Virus record (IMG/VR): IMGVR_UViG_3300025617_000900
DNA length: 64,000 nucleotides
Strand: one strand, 5' to 3'
DNA from: an uncultured virus (IMG/VR IMGVR_UViG_3300025617_000900)
Taxonomy: Duplodnaviria > Heunggongvirae > Uroviricota > Caudoviricetes
The notes under the pieces were generated by a model, which saw only the letters and a list, made by a program, of their open reading frames with translations, had not been told where the DNA came from and made no database searches. The translations under genes were made by a program, and so were the position numbers. This document shows positions 1-7,952 of this stretch, piece by piece (the stretch's first letter is position 1; the number at the start of each line of letters is the position of its first letter).

Positions 1-2
1 AC

Positions 3-809
3 AAAAACGAAGAACCGTTACCTGATAGAATGAAGATTGATAGGAAAACTAAAAAGCCTACAAACGAGCCAAGATATCTAAGAAGCTACACAGGTAAAAA
101 TGTAAACACACACGACGAAATGGGCTATATGGCATACGGTCCTACTATCAACTTTGACTTTGGTGGTATGCAGATCAAAAGTGCAAGTGAACTAAGAGCC
201 AGTTGGCCGGAAATGAGTGACGAAGATAAACTAAAAGCTGCCAAACTCATGTACGGCAATGGTGCAGAAGCAGCAGTACAACTACTTGACAAAGCACTCG
301 GCGGATCTGTAGACGAAGGTGATGTAATACCTTTTAAAAAATCAAATCCTGCTAATCCAGATTTAGACAAAGATGCTCTTGATACTTGGAATAAAGAACG
401 AAATCAAAAAATGGCACAAGATATGATAAGACTTGCTCCAGAAATAGTTGAGTATTATAAAGAACTAAAAGACCAAAACAAAGATACAGAAACAGCAATA
501 GATATAATAGCCTATGATTTTGATATAGACCAGTATGATGTCAAGAGAATTTTACAAGCTGATAATGTAGACGAAGATGTATCGCCAGAAGATGAAAAAA
601 AATTCCACAACGAACTTGACGATTTAGTACACAAATACTTTGGCGATTCACCTGATGAAGTGAAGATGAAAAAGAAGTATAGAAAGACTGTTGAAAAAGC
701 ACCTCCAGGTAGAGAGAAGCAAGTCAAAGCACTAAAGAAAAAGTTTGATGATCCTGGCGCACCATATGCAATTGCGTGGGCACAGCACAACAAGAAAAAG
801 AGAAGCTAA
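3..809 (+). CDS. 5'-truncated charged modular protein, probable internal virion protein
   Basis: Frame is open from the window edge. Acidic blocks alternate with a basic C-terminal module (VEKAPPGREKQVKALKKKF...YAIAWAQHNK). Confidence 0.6.
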   Translation, partial: KNEEPLPDRMKIDRKTKKPTNEPRYLRSYTGKNVNTHDEMGYMAYGPTINFDFGGMQIKSASELRASWPEMSDEDKLKAAKLMYGNGAEAAVQLLDKALGGSVDEGDVIPFKKSNPANPDLDKDALDTWNKERNQKMAQDMIRLAPEIVEYYKELKDQNKDTETAIDIIAYDFDIDQYDVKRILQADNVDEDVSPEDEKKFHNELDDLVHKYFGDSPDEVKMKKKYRKTVEKAPPGREKQVKALKKKFDDPGAPYAIAWAQHNKKKRS

Positions 810-810
810 T

Positions 811-993
811 ATGTATAAAGCAGTAAACACAGATGATATATTTAGTGCAACAGACGGCAATCGAAAAGATTCTGCTGCTGTAGCTCCTGTCGAAACTGAG
901 AAAGTTGCTCCAGTATCACAAAATGGTAATGCAAGCGAGGCTGAAAAAATTAGAGCAATGGGTGACAGACTTGCAAAGATCTGGGAAGAATAA
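811..993 (+). CDS. hypothetical protein (60 aa)
   Basis: ATG just after the upstream stop; its stop overlaps the next start (TAATG). Start moved from 745. Confidence 0.65.
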   Translation: MYKAVNTDDIFSATDGNRKDSAAVAPVETEKVAPVSQNGNASEAEKIRAMGDRLAKIWEE

Positions 994-1202
994 TGGATGA
1001 ACTTGAGCGTATAAAGAAACTAGCTGGTGTAAACGAATTCAAAGGTTACACAGAGTATACGCTTGAGAACATAAGTCAGACTGCTGACGCTATAAAGAAA
1101 AAAGAAAAAGCGAACAACATCAAGCCCGGTGATAAAGAATGGTTTGAACTATGGTTTAGTAAACCGTATATGACAGGGCATACTTTTAGAGGACGCAAGT
1201 AA
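993..1202 (+). CDS. hypothetical phage protein with LERIKKLAGV motif
   Basis: Translationally coupled ORF; the IKKLAG motif is typical of large-myovirus head-associated proteins. Confidence 0.7.
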   Translation: MDELERIKKLAGVNEFKGYTEYTLENISQTADAIKKKEKANNIKPGDKEWFELWFSKPYMTGHTFRGRK

Positions 1203-1447
1203 TGGGTTTAAGAACTTGGTGGAAGAAAGTAACAAGAGAAGAGTATGAGCTAATCATAACTGTTCCCAGCGAAACAACTGTACATGCAGATGGCGCTCGT
1301 ACTGAAAAAACAAAGCAACAATTCTATCAAGCAAAGAAAATAGCTAAAGCTACACCTAAGTATTTTCTTTTTTACGATTTAGACGGCAAGAAGAATGAAA
1401 TAAAACTTCAAAAGCCTGCAGACTTTCACATAGTAAAGATTTGGTAA
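1202..1447 (+). CDS. hypothetical protein
   Basis: TAATG-coupled ORF, 81 aa. Confidence 0.7.
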   Translation: MGLRTWWKKVTREEYELIITVPSETTVHADGARTEKTKQQFYQAKKIAKATPKYFLFYDLDGKKNEIKLQKPADFHIVKIW

Positions 1448-1448
1448 T

Positions 1449-2087
1449 ATGAGATTACGTGAGATAACAGAAGGCGTTGGACGCATTACCAAACAGAATC
1501 AAACTGTTGACGTAGGTCCTGACGAAGTTACGAAACAAGCTGCTAAGTTTGGCAATAAAGTAGACCGAGACGGACGTCCGCCTACACTAAGCAAACGTGT
1601 AAAAGGTAAATCGACTAATGTGTTGTTTAACCTAGGACTTGCTGAAGGTTACAAACTACAACTAGAGCGTGATAAAGAAATGCTGGTGTTAAACATTACT
1701 GACACTGCTACAGGCAAGCGTACTGAGGTACGTGGTAAGCCGGGTTATGAAACAGACTACGATCCTAACGACAGTTTGCACATACTATTAGACAAAGTAG
1801 GCAAGAGTGCTAACATTAGTGATCTAATGAACGGCGAAGTAGTTGGCATTAATCCTAACCACCCAGATGCTGATCGTGCAAAAGCAGCAACAGACAAAGC
1901 GTATAGTGAAAACTTTGCTGATGGTAAGAAAAAAGGCAAAAGCAGACCAGGGCGTGTAAAACGTTCAGGTGCAAGTTGCAATGGTAGTGTAACAGCACTA
2001 CGCAAACGTGCTAAGAATGCAAGTGGTGAAAAGGCTAAAATGTATCATTGGTGTGCCAATATGAAGAGTGGTAGGAAGAAGAAATGA
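1449..2087 (+). CDS. modular basic protein, probable internal head protein
   Basis: MRLREITE leader; modules separated by LAE/YSE; Lys/Arg-rich C-terminal module. Confidence 0.65.
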   Translation: MRLREITEGVGRITKQNQTVDVGPDEVTKQAAKFGNKVDRDGRPPTLSKRVKGKSTNVLFNLGLAEGYKLQLERDKEMLVLNITDTATGKRTEVRGKPGYETDYDPNDSLHILLDKVGKSANISDLMNGEVVGINPNHPDADRAKAATDKAYSENFADGKKKGKSRPGRVKRSGASCNGSVTALRKRAKNASGEKAKMYHWCANMKSGRKKK

Positions 2088-2854
2088 AGATCAACGAAAT
2101 CACCGAAGAAGTTATACCAGTTAACAATACTGAACATGCTGTAGAACGTTTGAAAGTTGCTGCTGAACTTTGTAGTAAAATGGGCAACCAGCCTATTCTT
2201 TATAGAGCAATGCACGGAGGTGAATATCACGGCGGTGCTAAAAATAACCTAATACAAAAAATAACCAATCCTGCTAGAAAAGGTGTAATGGGGAATTTTA
2301 ATCCTATACAGACAGCAGTGCTTAAAGGGCTGAACATTGCTAGTCCTGCACAAACAACTACAGTAGCACCTGCAAGCAACAGCAACTATTTTGGTACAAA
2401 TCATATAATAATTCCAGGTAGCGACTTTACTGCTTATTGGAACCCAGACATCGACGACTTGGGTGGCTTCAAAGGATATGATCCACAATACGCTCAAGGT
2501 GCTGGACCTAGAGGCAGCACTATTAGTCGCAGAGATGAGCCAGAAGGTGAAGAATTACAAAAAATACTAAGTGGTTATCAAAAAGGTATTCCTAGTTATA
2601 GCCAACACAAAGGCGAAGTTATATTAGATACAGAGTTTTATTATATGTTAAACTTAGAATCGTTTTTGAGTAAGTTTGGCGGTAAGAAAGTCAAAGAATT
2701 AATAACAATAGATAATAGGAAAAGTTTTGCTGCTATCAAACAAGATCTATTGGTAGATAAGTTTAAAACATATCGTGATGTTGGATGGTATCTAGCAAAT
2801 CCTGCTACAAATATGATGAAGTGGATTGCAAGTAAAGAAAAAGAAAGACAGTAA
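2084..2854 (+). CDS. hypothetical protein with head-targeting-like leader, possible ADP-ribosyltransferase-like fold
   Basis: MKINEITEE leader; ILYRAM ... QTTT ... GEVIL order resembles the R-S/T-E ART pattern. Confidence 0.5.
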   Translation: MKINEITEEVIPVNNTEHAVERLKVAAELCSKMGNQPILYRAMHGGEYHGGAKNNLIQKITNPARKGVMGNFNPIQTAVLKGLNIASPAQTTTVAPASNSNYFGTNHIIIPGSDFTAYWNPDIDDLGGFKGYDPQYAQGAGPRGSTISRRDEPEGEELQKILSGYQKGIPSYSQHKGEVILDTEFYYMLNLESFLSKFGGKKVKELITIDNRKSFAAIKQDLLVDKFKTYRDVGWYLANPATNMMKWIASKEKERQ

Positions 2855-2856
2855 TA

Positions 2857-3060
2857 ATGTTTAGCAAAGAGTGTAAAAAGCATTTAGAAGAACAAAATGA
2901 AACCGGCTTACAGCATATGCGAGCTGCACTTTGGACTGCACTACGTTTACAATTACTTGTACCAATGCTTATAATACACAGTATTGCTCCTCGATTCTTT
3001 ACACACAAAGGATCACAAGTGATACAAGACATATTAAATGAAAGATACGGAAAGAAATAA
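2857..3060 (+). CDS. small hydrophobic protein, DUF6356-like
   Basis: HL...ET..QH..A...IH...P..F pattern with one hydrophobic helix. Confidence 0.55.
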   Translation: MFSKECKKHLEEQNETGLQHMRAALWTALRLQLLVPMLIIHSIAPRFFTHKGSQVIQDILNERYGKK

Positions 3061-3203
3061 TGGACATAGAGTATTACGTTAAAAAGTTAAAAGAACACGA
3101 AGCACGTAGAGCTAGTACTAACGAACGTAATGCATTTTGGAAACAGTATACCGAAAGGCAAAACTATGCACCAAAGTCAGTGGCAAGGTTTGAACACGGA
3201 TAA
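3060..3203 (+). CDS. small hypothetical protein (47 aa, below ORF-track cutoff)
   Basis: TAATG-coupled; MDIEYYVKKLKEHEARR...FEHG*. Confidence 0.6.
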   Translation: MDIEYYVKKLKEHEARRASTNERNAFWKQYTERQNYAPKSVARFEHG

Positions 3204-3214
3204 GGACAACGCAA

Positions 3215-3394
3215 ATGAAAATGAGTGATATAGTAAATGAAAATACATCAGGTGCAATGGCTGTAGCAGTAACTCCTGTAGGCGGCAAAAGTATGATGCA
3301 GAAACGTAATCCAGACGGTACTGCTAAAAATGCTGTTGACGGAGACATGCTAATGGCTGGCAAGAAAAAGAAGCCTAAGAACAAAAAGGCATAA
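3215..3394 (+). CDS. small basic protein (59 aa) with head-targeting-like leader
   Basis: AGGA upstream; MKMSDIVNE...KKKKPKNKKA*. Confidence 0.7.
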   Translation: MKMSDIVNENTSGAMAVAVTPVGGKSMMQKRNPDGTAKNAVDGDMLMAGKKKKPKNKKA

Positions 3395-3424
3395 ATACAC
3401 TATAATACGTATTGGAGCACCTCA

Positions 3425-4090
3425 ATGAGAGATAAAGAAATTAGAGAAGGATTAGGCGACTTAGCACACGCTGCTGAAAAAGACCATGAAGTACAAATGG
3501 CTCGCGCTGATCTATATAAATTAGCAAAATATGCAATCAAACTACACGACATGCTAAAAGGCGTTAGTGAAGCTGAAGGCTTAGAAGGTTGGGTACAGAG
3601 TAAAATTACCAAATCAGCAGACATGATTGGCAGTGTATATCATCATATGGACTATGAAAACAGTCCTATGGGCGAAGTGACTGAGGCAAGAGATACACAT
3701 TGTTCAGACAAGTGTTGTGGTGCAGATACTAAAGCAGAAGATTGCACATGTCCTCCAACTTGTAAGCACTGTAACTGTAATGCTGTTGCAGAAGGCAAAG
3801 TTCCTCCGCAGTTCAAAAAGAATGTGGAGAAGATGAAAAATAAGAAAAAAGACAAGAAAGATTACAAAGAATCACTACAAGACAAACTAGCAAATAAACT
3901 TTCTGAAGCAACACAAACTTGCAATGAATGTGGCAAAACTATGTTAACTGCTTCTGAGAAAAAAGAACTTGCAGAACTAGAAGAAGGCAAGCGTCATGGC
4001 AACAGCAAAATTTATAAAAAATGCTGGAAAGGCTGTCGCAAAGTTGCAGGCGTACCGCGTGGCGAGCCTGGCTCGTGCAAATGTGACTAA
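3425..4090 (+). CDS. modular probable internal head protein with Cys-rich segments
   Basis: GGAG RBS; MRDKEIRE leader; HCSDKCC...CTCPPTCKHCNC and CWKGC...GSCKC modules. Confidence 0.7.
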   Translation: MRDKEIREGLGDLAHAAEKDHEVQMARADLYKLAKYAIKLHDMLKGVSEAEGLEGWVQSKITKSADMIGSVYHHMDYENSPMGEVTEARDTHCSDKCCGADTKAEDCTCPPTCKHCNCNAVAEGKVPPQFKKNVEKMKNKKKDKKDYKESLQDKLANKLSEATQTCNECGKTMLTASEKKELAELEEGKRHGNSKIYKKCWKGCRKVAGVPRGEPGSCKCD

Positions 4091-4100
4091 GGAATAACTA

Positions 4101-4883
4101 ATGGATTTTAATGCACTACAACACAAATTATTTGCACTAGATCCTAGTGATCCGGCAGAAGATATGCGCAAGCTAGCTGAGAGTGCAGGCAGCGAAGCGC
4201 AGAAAAGTGCCGCGCCTGACGTAAACTACGTGCAGGAAAGTGTAGAAGTACAAGAAGGTTCATTAGAAATGGATCGTGATTATAGTGTAGCAGACTTTGC
4301 TGCACTAGCAGGTGTTACTCTAAACGAATCACAAAAGACAGGCAGTGCAGGTCAACTTAAAGGTAAAGACGCTATTAAGAAAAATCCTGCAGGAACTACT
4401 AAAAATCCAACTCGCGACAAATTAGTAGGCGAAGACTTTAAAGACGACTTTCAAACAGGCAGAGACAAGTATAACAGCTTAAATTTACTTAGACCAGAGA
4501 AAGATTCAACTAAAGATTCGTCAAAAAAAGATACTAAAGATAGTAAAACAGTAAAAAAGTCTTCTGCTCCCAGAGCATCGAAACAACAGTATTCAGCTTT
4601 TCTTAAAAAGCATACAGTTGCACTACAACAAATTGCAGCAGACCCTAAAAAGATACAACGTTTCGAAACTTGGTTAGACAAGTGGAACGAAGATATCGAA
4701 GAAGAAAACAAAGGCTTATACCACAACGTAAACGCTCGTAAAAAAGCTGGCACAAGTCGTTCGAAAAATCATCCCAAAGCGCCAACAGACAAGGCATGGA
4801 AAGATGCAGCAAAGACTGCAAAAACCGAAAGTGTCGAGTCGATTAAAGAAATGCTTTTGCGCAAATTAAATTCTAAAAAATAA
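4101..4883 (+). CDS. modular charged protein, probable internal head protein
   Basis: AGGA RBS; repeated VQE/LNE/IEE/VES junctions; basic module GLYHNVNARKK...KAPT. Confidence 0.65.
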   Translation: MDFNALQHKLFALDPSDPAEDMRKLAESAGSEAQKSAAPDVNYVQESVEVQEGSLEMDRDYSVADFAALAGVTLNESQKTGSAGQLKGKDAIKKNPAGTTKNPTRDKLVGEDFKDDFQTGRDKYNSLNLLRPEKDSTKDSSKKDTKDSKTVKKSSAPRASKQQYSAFLKKHTVALQQIAADPKKIQRFETWLDKWNEDIEEENKGLYHNVNARKKAGTSRSKNHPKAPTDKAWKDAAKTAKTESVESIKEMLLRKLNSKK

Positions 4884-4914
4884 TTTCCATAACAGTGCAA
4901 AGTCAGATTGTTGA

Positions 4915-4942
4915 TTGACTTTTATAATTAGTAGTATATACT
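4915..4942 (+). promoter_or_regulatory. sigma70-type promoter
   Basis: TTGACT-N16-TATACT upstream of 4972. Confidence 0.5.
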
Positions 4943-4971
4943 AGTAACAATTACCTTGAGAAAAATATATA

Positions 4972-6576
4972 ATGAAAATTTTATTAGTTTATCCTAACTT
5001 GCCTCTTATGATGTCGCCTAGTATTGCTATGGCAATTTTTAATGCTATCGGAAAGAAGAAAAACTGCGATGTTGAAATTTTTGAAACTACGCAGTATAGC
5101 GATGAATATGCTAACAAACATATACGGAGCACAGAAGTAGGCGCAAATAGGCCTAATAAAGAAGAAGAAATAAAGGATATGTTTTACATTAAGCCTACTA
5201 ATGAAATCATTCCTGATTTTATTAACAAGGTAGAAACATTTAAACCTGATTTAATATTAATGAGTGTACAAGAAGACGTTTGGTATACAGCAAAAATTTT
5301 ATTAGAAAGTATTAAAGATTTTGACATTCCTCATATTTTAGGAGGAATATTTCCTACTGCTGCACCTGATATAGTCATAAACAATCCAAATGTAAAGGCC
5401 ATATGTTTACATGAAGGAGAAAGAGCATTATCAGATTGCATTGATGCATTGCAACAGGGTTCTACTATTGAAAACGTCAGAGGACTATGGGTCAAAACAT
5501 CCGCCGGCACAATTAAAAAGAATCCGCCGCAGCCGTTGTGCGATATAACGGAAATTACACCAGATTTTTCTTGCTTTCAAGGACAACGATGGAATCGTCC
5601 TATGGGAGGCAAGTTATTCAAACGAGCAGTTAGTATGGAAACATATAGGGGCTGTCCATACAATTGTACATACTGTAACAGTCCATTTACACGAAACTTT
5701 TCTAAAATTAACAATAATGAAAATTATATGAGAAGAAAGCCTGCTTCTATTGTAGAGAGAGATTTATTATATTATAAAGAACTTTATGATCCAGATTTAA
5801 TTATGTTTCAAGACGATAGTTTTTTAGCAAGGCCCAAACGAGAAATTTTTGATTTTTGTGAAATGTGGTCAAAGTATAAGATTCCGTTTTGGATGAATAC
5901 TAGAATAGAAAACTGTACTCCGGATGTTTTAGAAGCACTAAAGGAAGCAGGCATCTACAGAATGACATTTGGTTTAGAAAGCGGCAATGAAGAATATAGA
6001 AAAAAATATCTAAAACGTAATGTTTCAAATGAAGTATATTATAAACATATGGAGTATATTAATGACAGTAATATTCCATATAGTTTAAACGTTATAATCG
6101 GCATGCCATTTGAAACAAGACAACTGGTTTTAGATACAGCAGAATTTGTGCATAACTCTAAAGGATATGATGGATTATCAGTAGTAATGCTACAACTGTA
6201 TCACGGAACAGATTTAAGGAAAATAGCAATAGAATCGGGCTTTATGGATCCTAATCATATTAATGGCGATACAAAAAATGATATCGGAGGGTTTTTGGAC
6301 AGTTGGCTTTTAAAAATGCCCCAGCCTTATTTACAACCTGATGATGTACAAAAGTTAATTAAAACATTTAGTCTTTACGCCTATTATGATAAATCAGTTT
6401 GGCCATTAATTGAAAAAGCAGAAACTGACGACAAACTTTACAACGAACTATTGGAAAATTATAAAAAAGAATTTTTTACAGATGTTCAAATTGGTGGTAA
6501 AGACAGAATAGAAAATATGTATTGTGCCAAACATGACTATAGTAGTACATACAATTTTCAAGAAATAAAATCTTGA
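4972..6576 (+). CDS. cobalamin-binding (class B-type) radical SAM protein
   Basis: N-terminal B12-binding-like domain (PDLILMS, ILGG, GE); RGCPYNCTYC; DDSF; GLESG; IIGMPFET. Confidence 0.9.
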   Translation: MKILLVYPNLPLMMSPSIAMAIFNAIGKKKNCDVEIFETTQYSDEYANKHIRSTEVGANRPNKEEEIKDMFYIKPTNEIIPDFINKVETFKPDLILMSVQEDVWYTAKILLESIKDFDIPHILGGIFPTAAPDIVINNPNVKAICLHEGERALSDCIDALQQGSTIENVRGLWVKTSAGTIKKNPPQPLCDITEITPDFSCFQGQRWNRPMGGKLFKRAVSMETYRGCPYNCTYCNSPFTRNFSKINNNENYMRRKPASIVERDLLYYKELYDPDLIMFQDDSFLARPKREIFDFCEMWSKYKIPFWMNTRIENCTPDVLEALKEAGIYRMTFGLESGNEEYRKKYLKRNVSNEVYYKHMEYINDSNIPYSLNVIIGMPFETRQLVLDTAEFVHNSKGYDGLSVVMLQLYHGTDLRKIAIESGFMDPNHINGDTKNDIGGFLDSWLLKMPQPYLQPDDVQKLIKTFSLYAYYDKSVWPLIEKAETDDKLYNELLENYKKEFFTDVQIGGKDRIENMYCAKHDYSSTYNFQEIKS

Positions 6577-6601
6577 CATCTACCTAAATATACCATATAA
6601 T
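6573..6601 (+). promoter_or_regulatory. consensus sigma70 promoter with TAAATA in the spacer
   Basis: TTGACA-N17-TATAAT. Confidence 0.85.
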
Positions 6602-6635
6602 AGTAACAACACTACAAACTCACAAGGAGAAAACT

Positions 6636-6896
6636 ATGAGTGATCGTACCTATGGTGCTGAAGAAAAAGCAAAACTCGAGCGTCTTGTACAAGAAGGCGT
6701 GACTGTACTACAAGAAATTGAAGACTTACAAGGTGGTCTTAAAGACACTGTAAAAGCTGTAGCAGAAGAACTTGACATCAAGCCAGCACTGATCAACAAA
6801 GCAATTAAGATTGCACAAAAACGTGATTGGGAAAAGCATGCAGATGCATTTGACGATCTCGAAACACTTGTTGCTACAGTAGGTGTTGACAAGTGA
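6636..6896 (+). CDS. T4 DsbA/GapR-like dsDNA-binding protein
   Basis: AGGAG RBS; 86-aa helical protein with EIEDL...LKD.VK...EEL.I.P..INKAIK pattern. Confidence 0.65.
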   Translation: MSDRTYGAEEKAKLERLVQEGVTVLQEIEDLQGGLKDTVKAVAEELDIKPALINKAIKIAQKRDWEKHADAFDDLETLVATVGVDK

Positions 6897-7174
6897 TCAG
6901 CCGTATAGGTGAATTTTTTAAGGAAAGCTATAGGACAAGTCCGGTGGCTTTCTATGCAGAAATGATAGAAGCAGTACTGCTAATCAGTGCAAGTGCTGTA
7001 CTAACATTTACTATCTTAGATCCTGCAACAAAGATATTTGTTCCAATGTATCTTGTAGGTAGTCTTTTAGGTGTAGTTAGTGCTGTGATTAGACAAGCAG
7101 CATTTGTTATTGTATTGTGCAGTTGGTTTGTGATGATGAATACTATCGCTCTTTACCAATTGTTTTTTATATAA
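6893..7174 (+). CDS. small membrane protein
   Basis: Three hydrophobic segments; GTGA overlap with the upstream gene. Confidence 0.7.
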   Translation: MISRIGEFFKESYRTSPVAFYAEMIEAVLLISASAVLTFTILDPATKIFVPMYLVGSLLGVVSAVIRQAAFVIVLCSWFVMMNTIALYQLFFI

Positions 7175-7250
7175 TACTATATACTTGTAGATTCGCTCAC
7201 TTTACGAGCAGGTTAAAGGTTAGTTGGCCAAAAAGCAACAAGGAAAAAGA

Positions 7251-7952
7251 ATGTTTAAGAAAAAAGACACTGCTACACATCTGATATTTCATACATCAGG
7301 TAGTAAACAAAAGAGAGACTTATTTTCTCCACAGGAAGGTATGAAATTACTTCCAGATTGGTTTAAAACAATCGATCGAAATCAAGAGTATCCTACACTT
7401 GCAACGTGTCCAGGATTTATCGAATTATTCAAAAAAAGTATTAATATACCTTTATGGTCAGATATTAAAATCACCTATAAAGGCAACCAGCTTACAGATG
7501 TACAGATGCCGGGCATTGGACAAATGTCTAGAGAATTTATTCAAGTGCATACACCTGATCAATGGGGTGATGGTTTTAAAAATAGCCTGCATATTAAATT
7601 GATGAGTCCATGGCATATTACTAGTAATAAAGATACTCCTTTTTTAATGCATGATGCAGTTTGGCACAAAGAACACATTGATGGGTACAATGTGTTGCCA
7701 GGAGTAATGGAATTTAAATATCAACATGCAAGTCATATTAATATCATGTTACCTAATAGTTCTATAGAAAAAACTTTAATGTTAAAGGCTGGTACTATTA
7801 TTGCACACCTTACTCCGTTATCGGATACGAAATTAAGCATAGAATCTAAATTAATTTCGCAAGAAAAATGGATGGGATTACAAAACTATATATCTAGTTT
7901 TAAAACACCATACGCAACAGCTAAAAAAATAGGAATGAGACTAATAAAATGA
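7251..7952 (+). CDS. hypothetical protein (beta-rich, PxWFK...CPG...IPLW family)
   Basis: AAGGA RBS before ATG 7251; AT-rich; ATGA overlap with the polymerase start. Confidence 0.7.
   Translation: MFKKKDTATHLIFHTSGSKQKRDLFSPQEGMKLLPDWFKTIDRNQEYPTLATCPGFIELFKKSINIPLWSDIKITYKGNQLTDVQMPGIGQMSREFIQVHTPDQWGDGFKNSLHIKLMSPWHITSNKDTPFLMHDAVWHKEHIDGYNVLPGVMEFKYQHASHINIMLPNSSIEKTLMLKAGTIIAHLTPLSDTKLSIESKLISQEKWMGLQNYISSFKTPYATAKKIGMRLIK

Noticed and set aside
4899..4924. AAAGTCA/TGACTTT inverted repeat as a terminator
   Set aside because: Short AT-rich stem overlapping a -35 element; too weak to call.
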